Notes under the pieces: generated by a model
What the model was told of the DNA's origin: nothing
Seen by the model: the letters and a program-made list of their open reading frames with translations, nothing else
The model's database searches: none
Shown: positions 1-14,129 of the stretch, one piece after another
Numbering within the stretch: position 1 is the stretch's first letter
Layout: the number at the start of each line of letters is the position of its first letter
Translations under genes and position numbers: made by a program
Assembly (NCBI RefSeq): GCF_030684315.1
Contig: NC_081391.1
Coordinates: 20,730,629-20,794,628 of the forward strand
Direction: 5' to 3'
DNA: 64,000 bases
Origin: Stegostoma tigrinum
Lineage: Eukaryota

Positions 1-654
1 GCCTCCTGCCCTGCAATGTCATTGGCCTGGGAGTGTTTGACAGCAGGGGCCTAACCGGCTTTTCCTCTTGCTAAAAGACAGCATTTTCACCCTTTTCTAG
101 TTCTGTGATCTAGCTCAATGATGTTTCCAAATGACATATCAGACCATAAGACTGAGCAGAAGTAAGGCCATTCGGCCCATCAAGTCCACTCAGCCATTTA
201 AACCATGGCTGATGGGCATTTCAACACCACTTCCCTGCAGCCCTTTATTCCTTTTGAGATCAAGAATTTGTCAATCTCTGCTGCACAGTGTTGAACTAGG
301 TCATGATTGTAAATACATGCCGTTGAAATGGAAGAAGTCCCTTAATGCAGTAAACGGAGTAGCCAATTTTCATCCTGCATTCTCAACCCAACACCAAAAG
401 CCTCATGCAGCTCAACTGTAGCCTGGAGAGGTAGCCTAGCACTGGATAACATTTAGGGAGCCAGAAGGAATGCCAATATTAAAGTTTACCCACCATCAGT
501 TCAAACAGCTAGCAATCTTTTGTCTGGATTGCTGTGCATGGAATGAGCAACACAGCAGCATGTCAGTTTCACTGAAATTTATTTCCATACCCAGAGAGAA
601 AGAAGAACAGGCTTATGTTAGCATTCTACACAAAGTAGAAAACGGTGCCAAAGC

Positions 655-3005
655 TCAGCTGAGTGTGAGCCTGTCAAACAGGTACTCTCCCATGCCATTG
701 TCAGGGGCTCCCAGTCTCTTCAGGTTGGTGATGTGCTCTCCCAGCTTCTTGATCATCCTCACTTGCTCATCCAGGTAGTGCCTCTCCAGGAAGTCACACA
801 GCTGGAGGAAACAAGAGTAATTAGTTCAGACAGACATGTTTGGATTGGCCTTCCTTGGTGTTACTATTATGGATAGCTACAGCAACTGGCGATCTCCAAG
901 AACAGGCTAGAAACAGCCTCCTGAGCTACAGGTGTTACAGAAGGCAGAGCAAAGCTGACTTGTCCACATTTGCCAAGCTAATTCATTTAATTGGCCATAA
1001 TCCCTATAATAGCTTACACACTGAATACTACATCAAATTAGTCACAGACAATTAGCACAAGTGCTTTTTGCACCAAAACAAGCTTGCATGGACATTGGTC
1101 AATATGCAGGGCAGGGCAGATTCCACTATCACCTTCAATACCCTGATGATTGATCATCAGTAACTCACATGAGGGTCCATATGGCCAGAGGAGAGTTTGT
1201 GCAGATCGAGCAGACTCTGGTTCACATCCTTCTCCATCTGCAGAGCTCTCTGCATTGCCTCCAGGCCATTGCCCCACTCATCCTGCTCTGGCTTCTGGAG
1301 GGAGGGAAGAGACAGATGCTTCACTCATGTGAAAAGTGAAGGGAAGTGCAATGCAGTGAGTTGGAAAGGCAACTAGGAACTAATGTGCCATATAGCATTA
1401 TCCCAGTAGAATTCAAGCTTCAAATCCATGTCTAGTTCAGGTCATTACAATGTAGGCGGATAGACCAACCTTGATGTCCTGCAGGAGGACTCGGCCCCCA
1501 CGTTTATTCTGGAATGCCATCAGTTTCTCAGCATGTTCCCATTCCTCTTGGGACTGCTCCTTGAAGAACTCAGCAAAGTGACGCAGGGCAACATCATCCC
1601 GGTCAAAGTAAGAGAACTGTGGGGAGAAGAGGACAAAGCGGCCAAGTCAGCAAAGCTCCAGATCTCATCCAGCCAGAGCTTCAGCAAGAGCTTGTGTAGT
1701 TTTTCTTTTAAAAAGACAAAGAATGAAGCATTCAAATCCTGTCTATACAGACAATATAGGACCATATTAGACTGGGTATACAGAGTGCAGTACTAGAGAC
1801 AAGTGTACGAATGTCTATGTCATTTGACTGACAAGCAGCTTCAATTGCTTGTGCAACTGAAAGATTTGGGTGTTGGGGAAATGTGGAATAGTTAAGGAAG
1901 TGGATATTGAGGCAGAGTTACTGGTTAGCTAGAAGATTACTGTAGAATGTACACCAAATGACCATGATCTTACTACAAATAGTGATCACAGCTACAGGTC
2001 ATGTTTTCTATCACTGTGACCAGAGTTCACTTCTCCTTGGAGAAAAGGTCTTCTCCAGCTATAGACCCACCCATCCCACCACCATTTTAACATGGAAAGT
2101 GATCACAACTGGTCAGACTCACATTCATTGGCATAGGAGCTAATGAGTCAGAACTCAAGCACCTCAACAGCCATTATTTCCCCCAGATCTCAAAAGGACA
2201 GTCAAGAGACCAAACACCCCTTTCAGAAAATTCCTACTTGCATAGGGAGCCTGGGGTTATTTCAGTACTTGATCCAAATGAATCAGACTCTTCCACTAAA
2301 AGCCCAAAAATTAACAATCCACTACTATTAGTTGAGACAAGAAAAAGATCCCTTGACATTGAGGCAATAACATAAGACATCATTTTGGAAGTACCAGTAT
2401 GAAACCAACACATCAGGGTTATACTCCTTCATAGACATGAAGGTGGCTCATACATAGTGACTGCTTCAACAGTGAGTCACCCCATTCACTTTAAAGTGAA
2501 AGTGGAATGGAAATTGATCAGTTTTGTGTCCTGAAAATCATCCAAGAAGCTACAAGGAATCTTGAACCCCAATAAGATACTGAAATAAAACCTAATAGTG
2601 ACATCATGCAAAGCAGTTAGTCCCTTAATGCAAAAGGGACCCCTTAAGTGGATGGGGGGGGGGGAAAGATAAGAGGGTGCGGTTTGGTAGGGGAAAGAAA
2701 CATGAAAACAAACATTTCATTAGCTCTCACCAGACAGTTATAAAAGACAGGCAGCTATAAAACACAGGAGAATAGACAACATTGATATATTACATACACT
2801 TAGTTGCTCCAGGTTGTTGGGAGGTGTACAGAAGGGTGGGGTCAAGCCAGTAAGGGTAACAAGTAAAGGAGAAAGCATGAACTCTCAATACCACAAGCCT
2901 CACCATGGAGAGGTAAACATAGGAGGAATAGAGCTCCAGGTTGATCTGCTTGTTAACAGCATCCTCACAGTCCTTGTGGTAGTTCTGACACACTTGAGAC
3001 GCCAT
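655..3005 (-). CDS. Ferritin heavy-B/middle-subunit-like, copy 1 (intact, 173 aa)
   Basis: Exons 3005-2904, 1616-1470, 1294-1169, 801-655; all GT-AG, phase 0. [34 protein letters not shown] / [32 protein letters not shown]... / [10 protein letters not shown]...GHMDPH / [16 protein letters not shown]...[15 protein letters not shown] at 583-578. Confidence 0.93.
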
Positions 3006-3029
3006 CTTCACTATCACCTCAACAACTCT

Positions 3030-3225
3030 AGAACTGAGTTTCTCTACCACAAGCTCTTGTATTTATATTCCTCGTATCATCCTGCGTTCAACCAGGGAAT
3101 GATGTGACCAATGAAGATTGACAATCACTGATAGCCAATCAGGAATCTCCATGAATTCAGGCACCAGTGAACTCAGGAGAGGGGCCTGTCGGGAATGGAC
3201 TGAGACCCAGAGCCAATCAGAGATT
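3030..3225 (-). promoter_or_regulatory. Proximal promoter of ferritin copy 1
   Basis: TATAAATA at 3067-3060; Inr-like TCAGTT with A at 3035; CCAAT (+ strand) at 3108, 3135, 3213; homologous to the other seven visible promoters. Confidence 0.75.
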
Positions 3226-3414
3226 TGGAAAATAGTGTCCCGTTTGACCGAATTGTCTTGGTGTTGTCACTAGTTTTTTGATTCCATTGACATTCCTCAA
3301 TTCTGAAAATCCCTTGAAGTTTTATTCGCTGGAACTATATCTTACTCTGTTGCTGAAGCAGCTTTTCATAACCTGGTCAAGTTTGATACGTACGAGGAGC
3401 TGTGAAGCTGATAC

Positions 3415-3600
3415 AGTACCTTTTGCAGATCGAGAAAAGCTCAGAAGGTCTGGCAGCAGTTGTGAAGGGAAACCAGAGTTAACGTTTGGGCCCAGTGACC
3501 CTGCCTCAGAACTGTTCTACACATGCAGCCAGACCTGCTGAGCTTTTCTAGCAATTTCTGATTTTGTTTCTGATTTCCAGCATCCGCAGTTATTTTGCTA
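3415..3600. mobile_element. Palindromic (fold-back) interspersed repeat
   Basis: Arms GAAAAGCTCAGAAGGTCTGGCAGCA ... GCAGCCAGACCTGCTGAGCTTTTC are inverted; relatives at ~9895-10125, 13995-14110, 26275-26365. Confidence 0.6.
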
Positions 3601-4124
3601 TTTTTTTTCCTCAGCAAGTCAGATCATCTTGAGGGAATTTGCAAACCAACCACAGGACAGAGAAATGGAAATGTGAGAGCAAGTTAATGCGGCTGAATCT
3701 AATGTCACCCACACACTGGTCTCGACTGCAGAGATTTGAGAACACACTCAGTGGAGCAGCTCATCTTTTCCTGTGGTCAATGTTATTTGTTCAGAGGGTG
3801 ACTTTCAACTTGACTGATGTGACTTGAATCTATTTGAAATGTTTAGACTCGAATATTTTCCAACTCTTTGATTCAGACACAAATGGAGACCATTTAGTAC
3901 CGAAAGTTTGTGCTGGCTCTTTGAAAGAACTTTCAAATTAGTCCCAGTCCTCTGATTTCCCAATAGTGCTGCCATTCATTTCATTGTCGTTATATGTCTC
4001 CAAATCTCTCTTTGAAATCATTGAGGCATCTGCTTCTCTTACCTTGCCCTATCAGTGCGTTCTCAATTGTAACAACTCACTATTTAAAAATAATTTTAGT
4101 CTTTCCCTCTGGCCTTGTTTTGTG

Positions 4125-4470
4125 TCACAACGGCTAGCACTGCTGCCTCACAGCACCAGGGACCTGGGTTCGATCCTGGCATGAGGCGACCATCTGCGTG
4201 GAGTTTACACATTCTCCCCATGTCTGCGTGGGCCTCTTCCAAGTGTTACAGTTTCCTCCTTAAATCTAAAGATGTTGTAGGCGAGGTGGGTTGATTGTGC
4301 CAAATTTCCCCTACTGTCCAGGGATGTGCAGGCAAGTGGGCTAACCATGGAAAATGTGTGGTTGCAGGGACAGGGATGGGAGGCAAATGGTTAGTCTGGG
4401 TGTGGTGCTCTTTGGAGGGTTGGTGCAGACTCAATGGGCTGAATGACCTCTTTCTGGTCTGTTAGGAATC
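4125..4470 (+). mobile_element. tRNA-derived V-SINE (elasmobranch HE1-like)
   Basis: Head TAGCACTGCTGCCTCACAGCACCAGGGACCTGGGTTCGATCC (B box), V-domain GTGGAGTTT..ATTCTCCCC.TGTCTGCGTGGG, CR1-like tail. Confidence 0.75.
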
Positions 4471-6257
4471 CTAGCATCCTCTAAGATCCCAAGCGTTGAT
4501 GTCACAGTTTATTAGAGAAGTGGTTCAATCCTGGAATAGGTGAACATGTGGCTTCCTTGGAGTAAACGCTGGTCTAGATACAAAAACGAGGCTGTCTGAG
4601 ATTCACACTCAGGACCATTGCTGACACTATAGACAAAATCTTCTTGCGAAGAGATACCACTAAATGGGTACAGTTGACTCAGCTGAACAGAAGCTATACC
4701 GGGCACCAAAACCTGTCCTTATTGAAAAGGCTGAGATGCAGGGAATGTTCAGTCCTCATAAAGGGCTTTGTCCAAGCGGATAGACATAATATGGTCACTC
4801 AATAGCCATGCAGATGGACACAGGACACAAGATCCATTGATGGAAGGCCTGCGGTTACAGATTGTTGGTATAACTACTGACAAATCCTTTTCCCAGGAAC
4901 CACAAGACTTCAGTATCTGCCAGCAGGGCGAAGGGATGGTTTGGGTTTGGGTTTGGGTTTGGAAATAAACTCATTCTTTCCATCTGAGATTCAAAGATTG
5001 TGATTCAAGTGACAGACGAATAATTTTCTTGTATCAACCAGACCTCAACTAAGTTCCAAAAATGAACTACCAAACCTCAGAATTGTGGTCATGGCAACAA
5101 GGTTAAACCATTAACGTGAAGGAGATGTAGATGTATAGTGAACAAACAGGATTGGAAATGGGTATTTCCTTCAAATTTAACAACAAGCTGACAAGTTTAA
5201 TGAAGGAGCAGCTTCATTTGAGTTTTATTAACTGATGGATCAGGCCTGAAAGGTTTAAAGCTCAGATTCATAGAACCAGCTTTAATTTATTCTTCAACTT
5301 CAAAAAATAAAAGCATACTTTTGTATTAACCTTCTGTTTGCAAGGAACTGCCAAGAGCTTGTTCAATAAAGAGGAGCTCACAGGTCTCCAGTACTACTTG
5401 TCATTTACAACTTTGTTCAAGTGTTACCAGAAAATGTTAAAAGGGAATATGCGTAAGTTTTAAGTGAGCAAAACTACGCAAGTTAATTTCTCATGGTATC
5501 TGCTTTTGGATTATAAAACAATTGTTTAAACTATTGCAAATAAGGGCTCCATTAGAACAGAGGAGTTTGGAAACAGTGTTTCTACCCACGTATTGAACTA
5601 AGTTCCCACAAGCTACTGTTTTGACCAGCACTCCCCTTTGAGGAGCAGGTCAACTAGGTAGAAACCTAGATGCTAGAGATTCAAAAGAAAATGAAAATGT
5701 TTTAAAAGTAACCAAGTAGGTCCAGCAGGGTTTGTAAAGTGTTTATGGGGTTAACATGGAGTCACACCCTTTGATCTGATGTCCCACTTTTAAGAGGCTG
5801 TCATTTGTTTATAGAGGCTCCTGTGGTAGTGTTCCTTCCTCAGCCCAGAGGCCCTGCTCCTGAAGACTGAGCCCTTGAAAAGATTCAAGAAAGTTTAGTT
5901 CATTCTTGATATTCCTTTGACCCACCTGCTACCCCCACATCAGCTTTAGATGGGCAAGAAAAATATCATACTAAATTCTAACTGTTGTTAGAGCAGCTCT
6001 AAACTCTATAGTGCATTGCATGAAGATCATATAAGACCAGATCTTGTCCTGTGTCATGCCAAAAATGACATGGGAGTGATAATCTCATCAACATCTTGGC
6101 TGGTCTGGTACATGAGACGCCTGATTTCAGGTACATTAACAGACCACGAGGATCTAGCCCATAGGCACTTTATTTAATGTTTTGACAAGCTTGGCCTCAC
6201 TAGTTACAAGTTTCCTAGCTACACAAGTACATTACAAATTCATTCCCTGCTGGCAGT

Positions 6258-9569
<3,312 letters not shown>

Positions 9570-9604
9570 CTTCACTATTCCTGCTCACTATCACCTAGAC
9601 TACT

Positions 9605-9765
9605 CTAGAACTGACTCTTGTTCCTGCATTTATACTCCTGGGAACACCCTGCACTGAAACAGGGAATAACATCACCAATGATGATTGACGATTCCTGACA
9701 ACCAATCAGGAATCATGCATTCAGTCATCAATTAATAAGGATATGACCAGAGCCAATCAGAGGTT
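9605..9765 (-). promoter_or_regulatory. Proximal promoter of ferritin copy 2
   Basis: TATAAAT 9634-9628; CTGGGAA; TGCACTG at 9650; several CCAAT boxes. Confidence 0.7.
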
Positions 9766-9894
9766 TGTGATAGAAACAGTTTTAGGGCCTTATCCTCAAT
9801 GGTGTTACTGCTCTTGGGTTCTTGTTTCAAATCTGAAAGTACCTCAGTATTTAACATTCTTGTTTGAACTTAGTGATAAACACTAAAATAAAAT

Positions 9895-10125
9895 TAAGAA
9901 CTGTGGATGGTGGAAATCTGAGAAAAAGAAACAGAAATCGCTGGAGAAACTCAGCAGATCTGGAAGCATCTGTGAAGAGTTAAACGGAGTTAACCTTTCA
10001 AGTCCAGAGAGCCTTCATCAGAATAGAATATCTGACAAAGGTCACTGGACCCGAAACATTAACTCTCTTTCTCTCCTCGCAGATGCTGCCAGGCCTGTGG
10101 GTTTCTCCAGTTTTCTTTGTTCTTG
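9895..10125. mobile_element. Palindromic repeat with hammerhead-like core motifs (possibly Penelope-derived)
   Basis: Inverted arms (CTGGAGAAACTCAGCAG...AGCATCTG / CAGATGCTG...GTTTCTCCAG); CTGATGA...GAAA on the minus strand at 10021-9996. Confidence 0.55.
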
Positions 10126-10336
10126 TTGTTAGCAATAACGTGTTACTTTTGCTGAAGCAGCTTTTCATAACCTGGCCAAATTTGGTATGATTGAGGAGCT
10201 GCGAAGCTGATATAGTACACAAAACAAATTCAGTCGTTTTGTGGAAATTTTCAAAAACAGCCACTGGACAGAGAAATGGAAATGAGTGAATGAGAGTCAG
10301 TGAATGTAACTGAATTCAGTGTCGCCCACAAACTCA

Positions 10337-10665
10337 GATAACAAGGTGTAGAGCTGGATGAACCCAGCAGGACAAGCAGCATCAGAGGAGCAGGAAGGCT
10401 GACATTTTGGGCCTAGACCCTTCTTCAGAAATGGGGGAGGAGAAGGGAGCTCTGAAATAAATAGGGAGAGAGGGGGAGTCGGATAGAAGATGCATAGAGG
10501 ATAAGATAGGTGGAAGGAGACAGACAGGTCAAAGAGGTGGGGATGGAGCCAGTAAAGGTGGGTGTAAGTGGGGAGGTAGGGAAGAGATAGGTCAGTCCAG
10601 GGAGAACAGACAGGTCAAGGCGGTGGGATGAAGTTAATAGATTCTCCATCATCTGCAGTTCCTAT
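10337..10665. mobile_element. Palindromic-family repeat with purine-rich internal segment
   Basis: AGATAACAAGGTGTAGAGCTGGATGAA...GGCCTAGACCCTTCTTCAGAA; same family at 33235-33645 and 59882-60110. Confidence 0.6.
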
Positions 10666-11214
10666 GATCTCACCCACAAACTCAGCAGCTGTTCCATTGT
10701 GTGGGCCCTCCATTTGTAACAGGGAGTTTCAATCTCCCACTGTCAGAGATCCCCAGTTACCCTTTGACACGGATGGTGGGGCAACATTTCACCATTATCT
10801 TTTAGTGGTGTCGGTCGATTGTCCTTGCTGAGGTGATGCCTGAGAAGTGACATCCCCAGCAGCATCTGACAGTCTCAGTGGGAACTATATATTTGTAAGA
10901 TTTTGTATTCAGGGAGTACTGTTACCTTAGGTAATCACTTAAGGATTTTTTAAGTAGCTTTAAGAAAGTTTATTAAGTTTATTGCCACAGTTTAAATATG
11001 AGACAATTGAGAGTTTTATCGATCCCAGAGCGTGGATAAATGGATGCAGCGAATCTCTACAGCGTGAGATAATAGGACTGACAGTCCTTCAGCATTTGCT
11101 GACAGGAATGATCTTTCTCTTCTTTATTTCTTTCATTCCCAGGTCAGCTGAGACACCAGGAAAGTTCTGTTCCCCTCCCTGGGCAAATTCTTAACTTCTC
11201 TCACCCCTCATCCA

Positions 11215-11520
11215 TAGACAATAGACCACAAAACCATTAGGTCTAGGAGCAGGAGTAGGCCATTTAGCCCCTTCAACCTCCTCCACTATTCTATAGGATC
11301 ATGGCTGAGCCAGCGTTCCTCCCAGCCACCTACTTGCCCCTTCTCTGTAAGTCTTTATTCTCCAACTCATCGGGAATCTGTCTATTTCAGCTTTAAGAAT
11401 TCACAAGGCACCCCACAACTTACTGTAGCAAGGAGTTCCAAAGACTCTCAACCCTCTGAGGGAAGGAATTCCTCCTCATATCAGTCTTTGACTATGGCCC
11501 TTTTATCCTGAGACTGTGCC
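11215..11520 (-). mobile_element. CR1 LINE 3' fragment
   Basis: AGGAGCAGGAGTAGGCCATT...CAACCCTCTGAGGGAAGGAATTCCTCCTCAT is the antisense of a CR1 ORF2 C-terminus and 3' UTR. Confidence 0.6.
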
Positions 11521-12474
11521 ATTGACATGTCCTTCCTTTGCTGGCTGCAATCTATATTCCCTCTGATGTTTCCTGCCACTGCAAGTACCTCTGTGATTCC
11601 AGTTCAGCAGTGATCTGTGGAACCAGCGATCACCATGTCCATACGCTGATTACCACCTCAAGTTAGTCTCAGATATTTTTTCTTATCAACCAGTTTGGAG
11701 GTGCTATGACAGACCTCTGGAGAGGTGAGCCTTGAACCTGGCTCAGAGATAGGGACAGTACCACAGTACCACATAAGACCATGGACCCTTTGGGTGGCTT
11801 ACATCAACCGTCAGTTTGAATCCTTGCACCCAATGAGTATTGGACAGGTACCAAGTTAGTAAAATGGCCATCTCTCCTCCTGCCCATCACTGGAGGTCAG
11901 CTCTTTATTGCCAGGCTAAGGCTGGCCTCTTGACTCTTTCTAGACACTCGTGCAGATAATCGCAAAAACGTAACAGTACCATTTGGGCCATCATGATCGC
12001 ACCAGCTTCCTGAATAACCATTTTGACTTTGCAGCATTCTCCAGCCTTTTCTTTGACTCTGTACCTTATTCCCATTGAAATAACTGAATTCCCTCTTGAA
12101 TAACTCAATTGAATCTTCCTCCACAAAGTTGGTGATCTAGATTTAGTGCATAATATCCTAAATATTGTATTCTCACATCAATGTTAATCTGAATTCAGGG
12201 TCATGGCATATGGGAGGGTGTGGTGTTGGTAATGGGTGTGAGAGCTAAAGTGTCCTTTGCTAACTGGGATGGAGAGGAGCATAAAGTATTTTGCTGAAAG
12301 GATTGGGTGTGTTTGAAATTCCCTCTACTGGAGATGTGCGGTTATGTAGCTGATGGGTGTATGCAAAGCTTGGATGAACAGACGCTTTGGTTACTTGGTA
12401 ATTCAAGGATACAGGAAGGGGTGGGAGAGTTGATTTGAAGCCCAGACACAGCTCACGCACTTAACAAGTGAACA

Positions 12475-13080
12475 GACGTCAGAGGCAGGGAATCCTGCGG
12501 TGAGTAACTCACCTCCTGACTCCCCGAGCCCTGCGTACCATCTATAAGATACAAGTCAGGAGTGCGATGGAACAGTCCCCACTTGCTTGGATGAACATAG
12601 AACATTACAGCACAGTCCAGGCTCTTCGGCCCTCGATGTTGTGTCGACCTGTCATACCGATCTCAAGCCCGTGAGTGCAGCTCCAACAACACTCAAGAAG
12701 CTTGACACTATCCAGGACACTGCAGCCACTTGATGGGCACCACATCCACTCTCTCTACAACAGGCGCAGTCACAGCAGTGCGTACTAGCTGCCAGATGCA
12801 CTGGAGAGATTCACCAAAGCTCCTCAGACAACAACTTCCAAACCCATGACCACTTCATCTGGAAGGACAAGGGCAGCAGATAGATGAGAACACTACCCGT
12901 TACAAGGTCCCCTCCAAACCACTTCCACCAACCTGATTTAGAATTACATGTTGCTAGGTCAAAACTCCTGGAATTCCTTCCCTTTGGGCAATGTGGATGC
13001 ACTCACAGCATTTCACGGTGGCAGCTCACCAACGCCTTCAAGGGCAACAAGGAATGAGTAATAAATGCTGGCCCAGGTAG
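12475..13080 (+). mobile_element. L2-like LINE 3' fragment (with a short CR1 tail inserted at ~12594-12670)
   Basis: Similar to 21780-22570 and to the reverse complement of 13380-13985; ends ...AATAAATGCTGGCCCAG. Confidence 0.65.
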
Positions 13081-13089
13081 TAAATGCAT

Positions 13090-13985
13090 TTCTAGGATGT
13101 GGGTGTCACTGGCTGGGCCCAGTATGTCTTGCCCGTCCCTAGAGAAGGTGTGGGTGAGCCACCTTCTGGACCAGCTGCAGTCCCCCTGCTGTGGGTTGTC
13201 CCACAATGCTAATAAGAAGGGAATTTCAGGATTTTTGGACAAGCATATGGACATACATGGAATAGTGTAGGTTAGATGGGCTTCAGATCGGTATCTCAGG
13301 TTGGCACAATATCGAGGGCTGAAGGGCCTGTACTGTGCTGTAATGTTCTATGTTCTATGTTCTATTTTGAGCCAGCGACAATGAAAGAATGGTGGTATGT
13401 TTCCACGTCAGGTGTTCCCATATGTCTGATGCCCTTGTCCTTCAAGGTGGAAGTGGTTGTGGGTTTGGAAGGTGCTGTCTGAGGATCTTTGGTGAATTTC
13501 TGCAGAGCATCTTGTAGTTAGTACACACTGCTGCTACCGAGCAGCAATGGTGGAAGGAGTAGATGCTGATGGATATGGTCCCAATCAAGCGGTTGCTTTA
13601 TCCTGGATGGTGTCAAGCATCTTGAGTGTTGTTATGTCGACACCCATCCAGGCAAGTGGGGAGTATTCCATCCCACTCCTGACTTGTGCCTTGGAGATGG
13701 TGGACAGGATTTGAGGGGTCAGGGGGTGAGGGACTCGCTGCAGTAATCCCAGCTTCTGGCCTGCTCTTGTATCCATTGTGTTAATGTGGTGAGTCCAACT
13801 CAGTTTCTGGTCAAGGATAACACCCAGGATTTTGATCGTGGGATCTTCAGTGATAGTAACACCATTGACTGCCAAGGGCTGGTGGTTAGATTGTCTCTTA
13901 TTGGTGATGGTCTTAGCCTGGCATTTGCGTGGCGGGAATGTCACTTGCCGCTTGTCAGCACAAGCCTGGATATTGTCCAGATCTT
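13090..13985 (-). mobile_element. L2-like LINE 3' fragment (CR1 tail with GTTCTAT repeats inserted at ~13244-13365)
   Basis: ORF 13585-14034 translates as non-LTR RT C-terminus (ILGVILDQKLSWTHHI...KAQVRSGMEYSPLAWM). Confidence 0.75.
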
Positions 13986-14129
13986 CATAAAAACCTAAAG
14001 AACTGCAGCTGCTGTGAATCAGGAACAAAACCAAAATTGCTGGAAAAGCTCAGCAGGTCTGACAGCATCTGTGGAGGAGAAAACAGAGTTAATGTTTCAG
14101 GTTTGGTGACCCGGCAATTAGCTTTGACT

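Noticed and set aside
2790-3050. N-terminal extension or signal peptide ([16 protein letters not shown]; similar at 27587-27802)
   Set aside because: Starts at a non-ATG codon between the TATA and the Inr, upstream of the predicted TSS, and is not conserved across copies.
4130-4185. tRNA gene
   Set aside because: tRNA-like head continues into a V-SINE body and no full cloverleaf is evident.
4937-4962. Telomeric repeat
   Set aside because: About four TTTGGG units, not vertebrate TTAGGG; a simple microsatellite.
9645-9668. IRE upstream of copy 2 (minus TTCCCTGTTTCAGTGCAGGG)
   Set aside because: Lies upstream of the TATA, lacks the canonical stem, and CAGTG is present only in copies 2 and 3 as a variant of the TGCACTC site.
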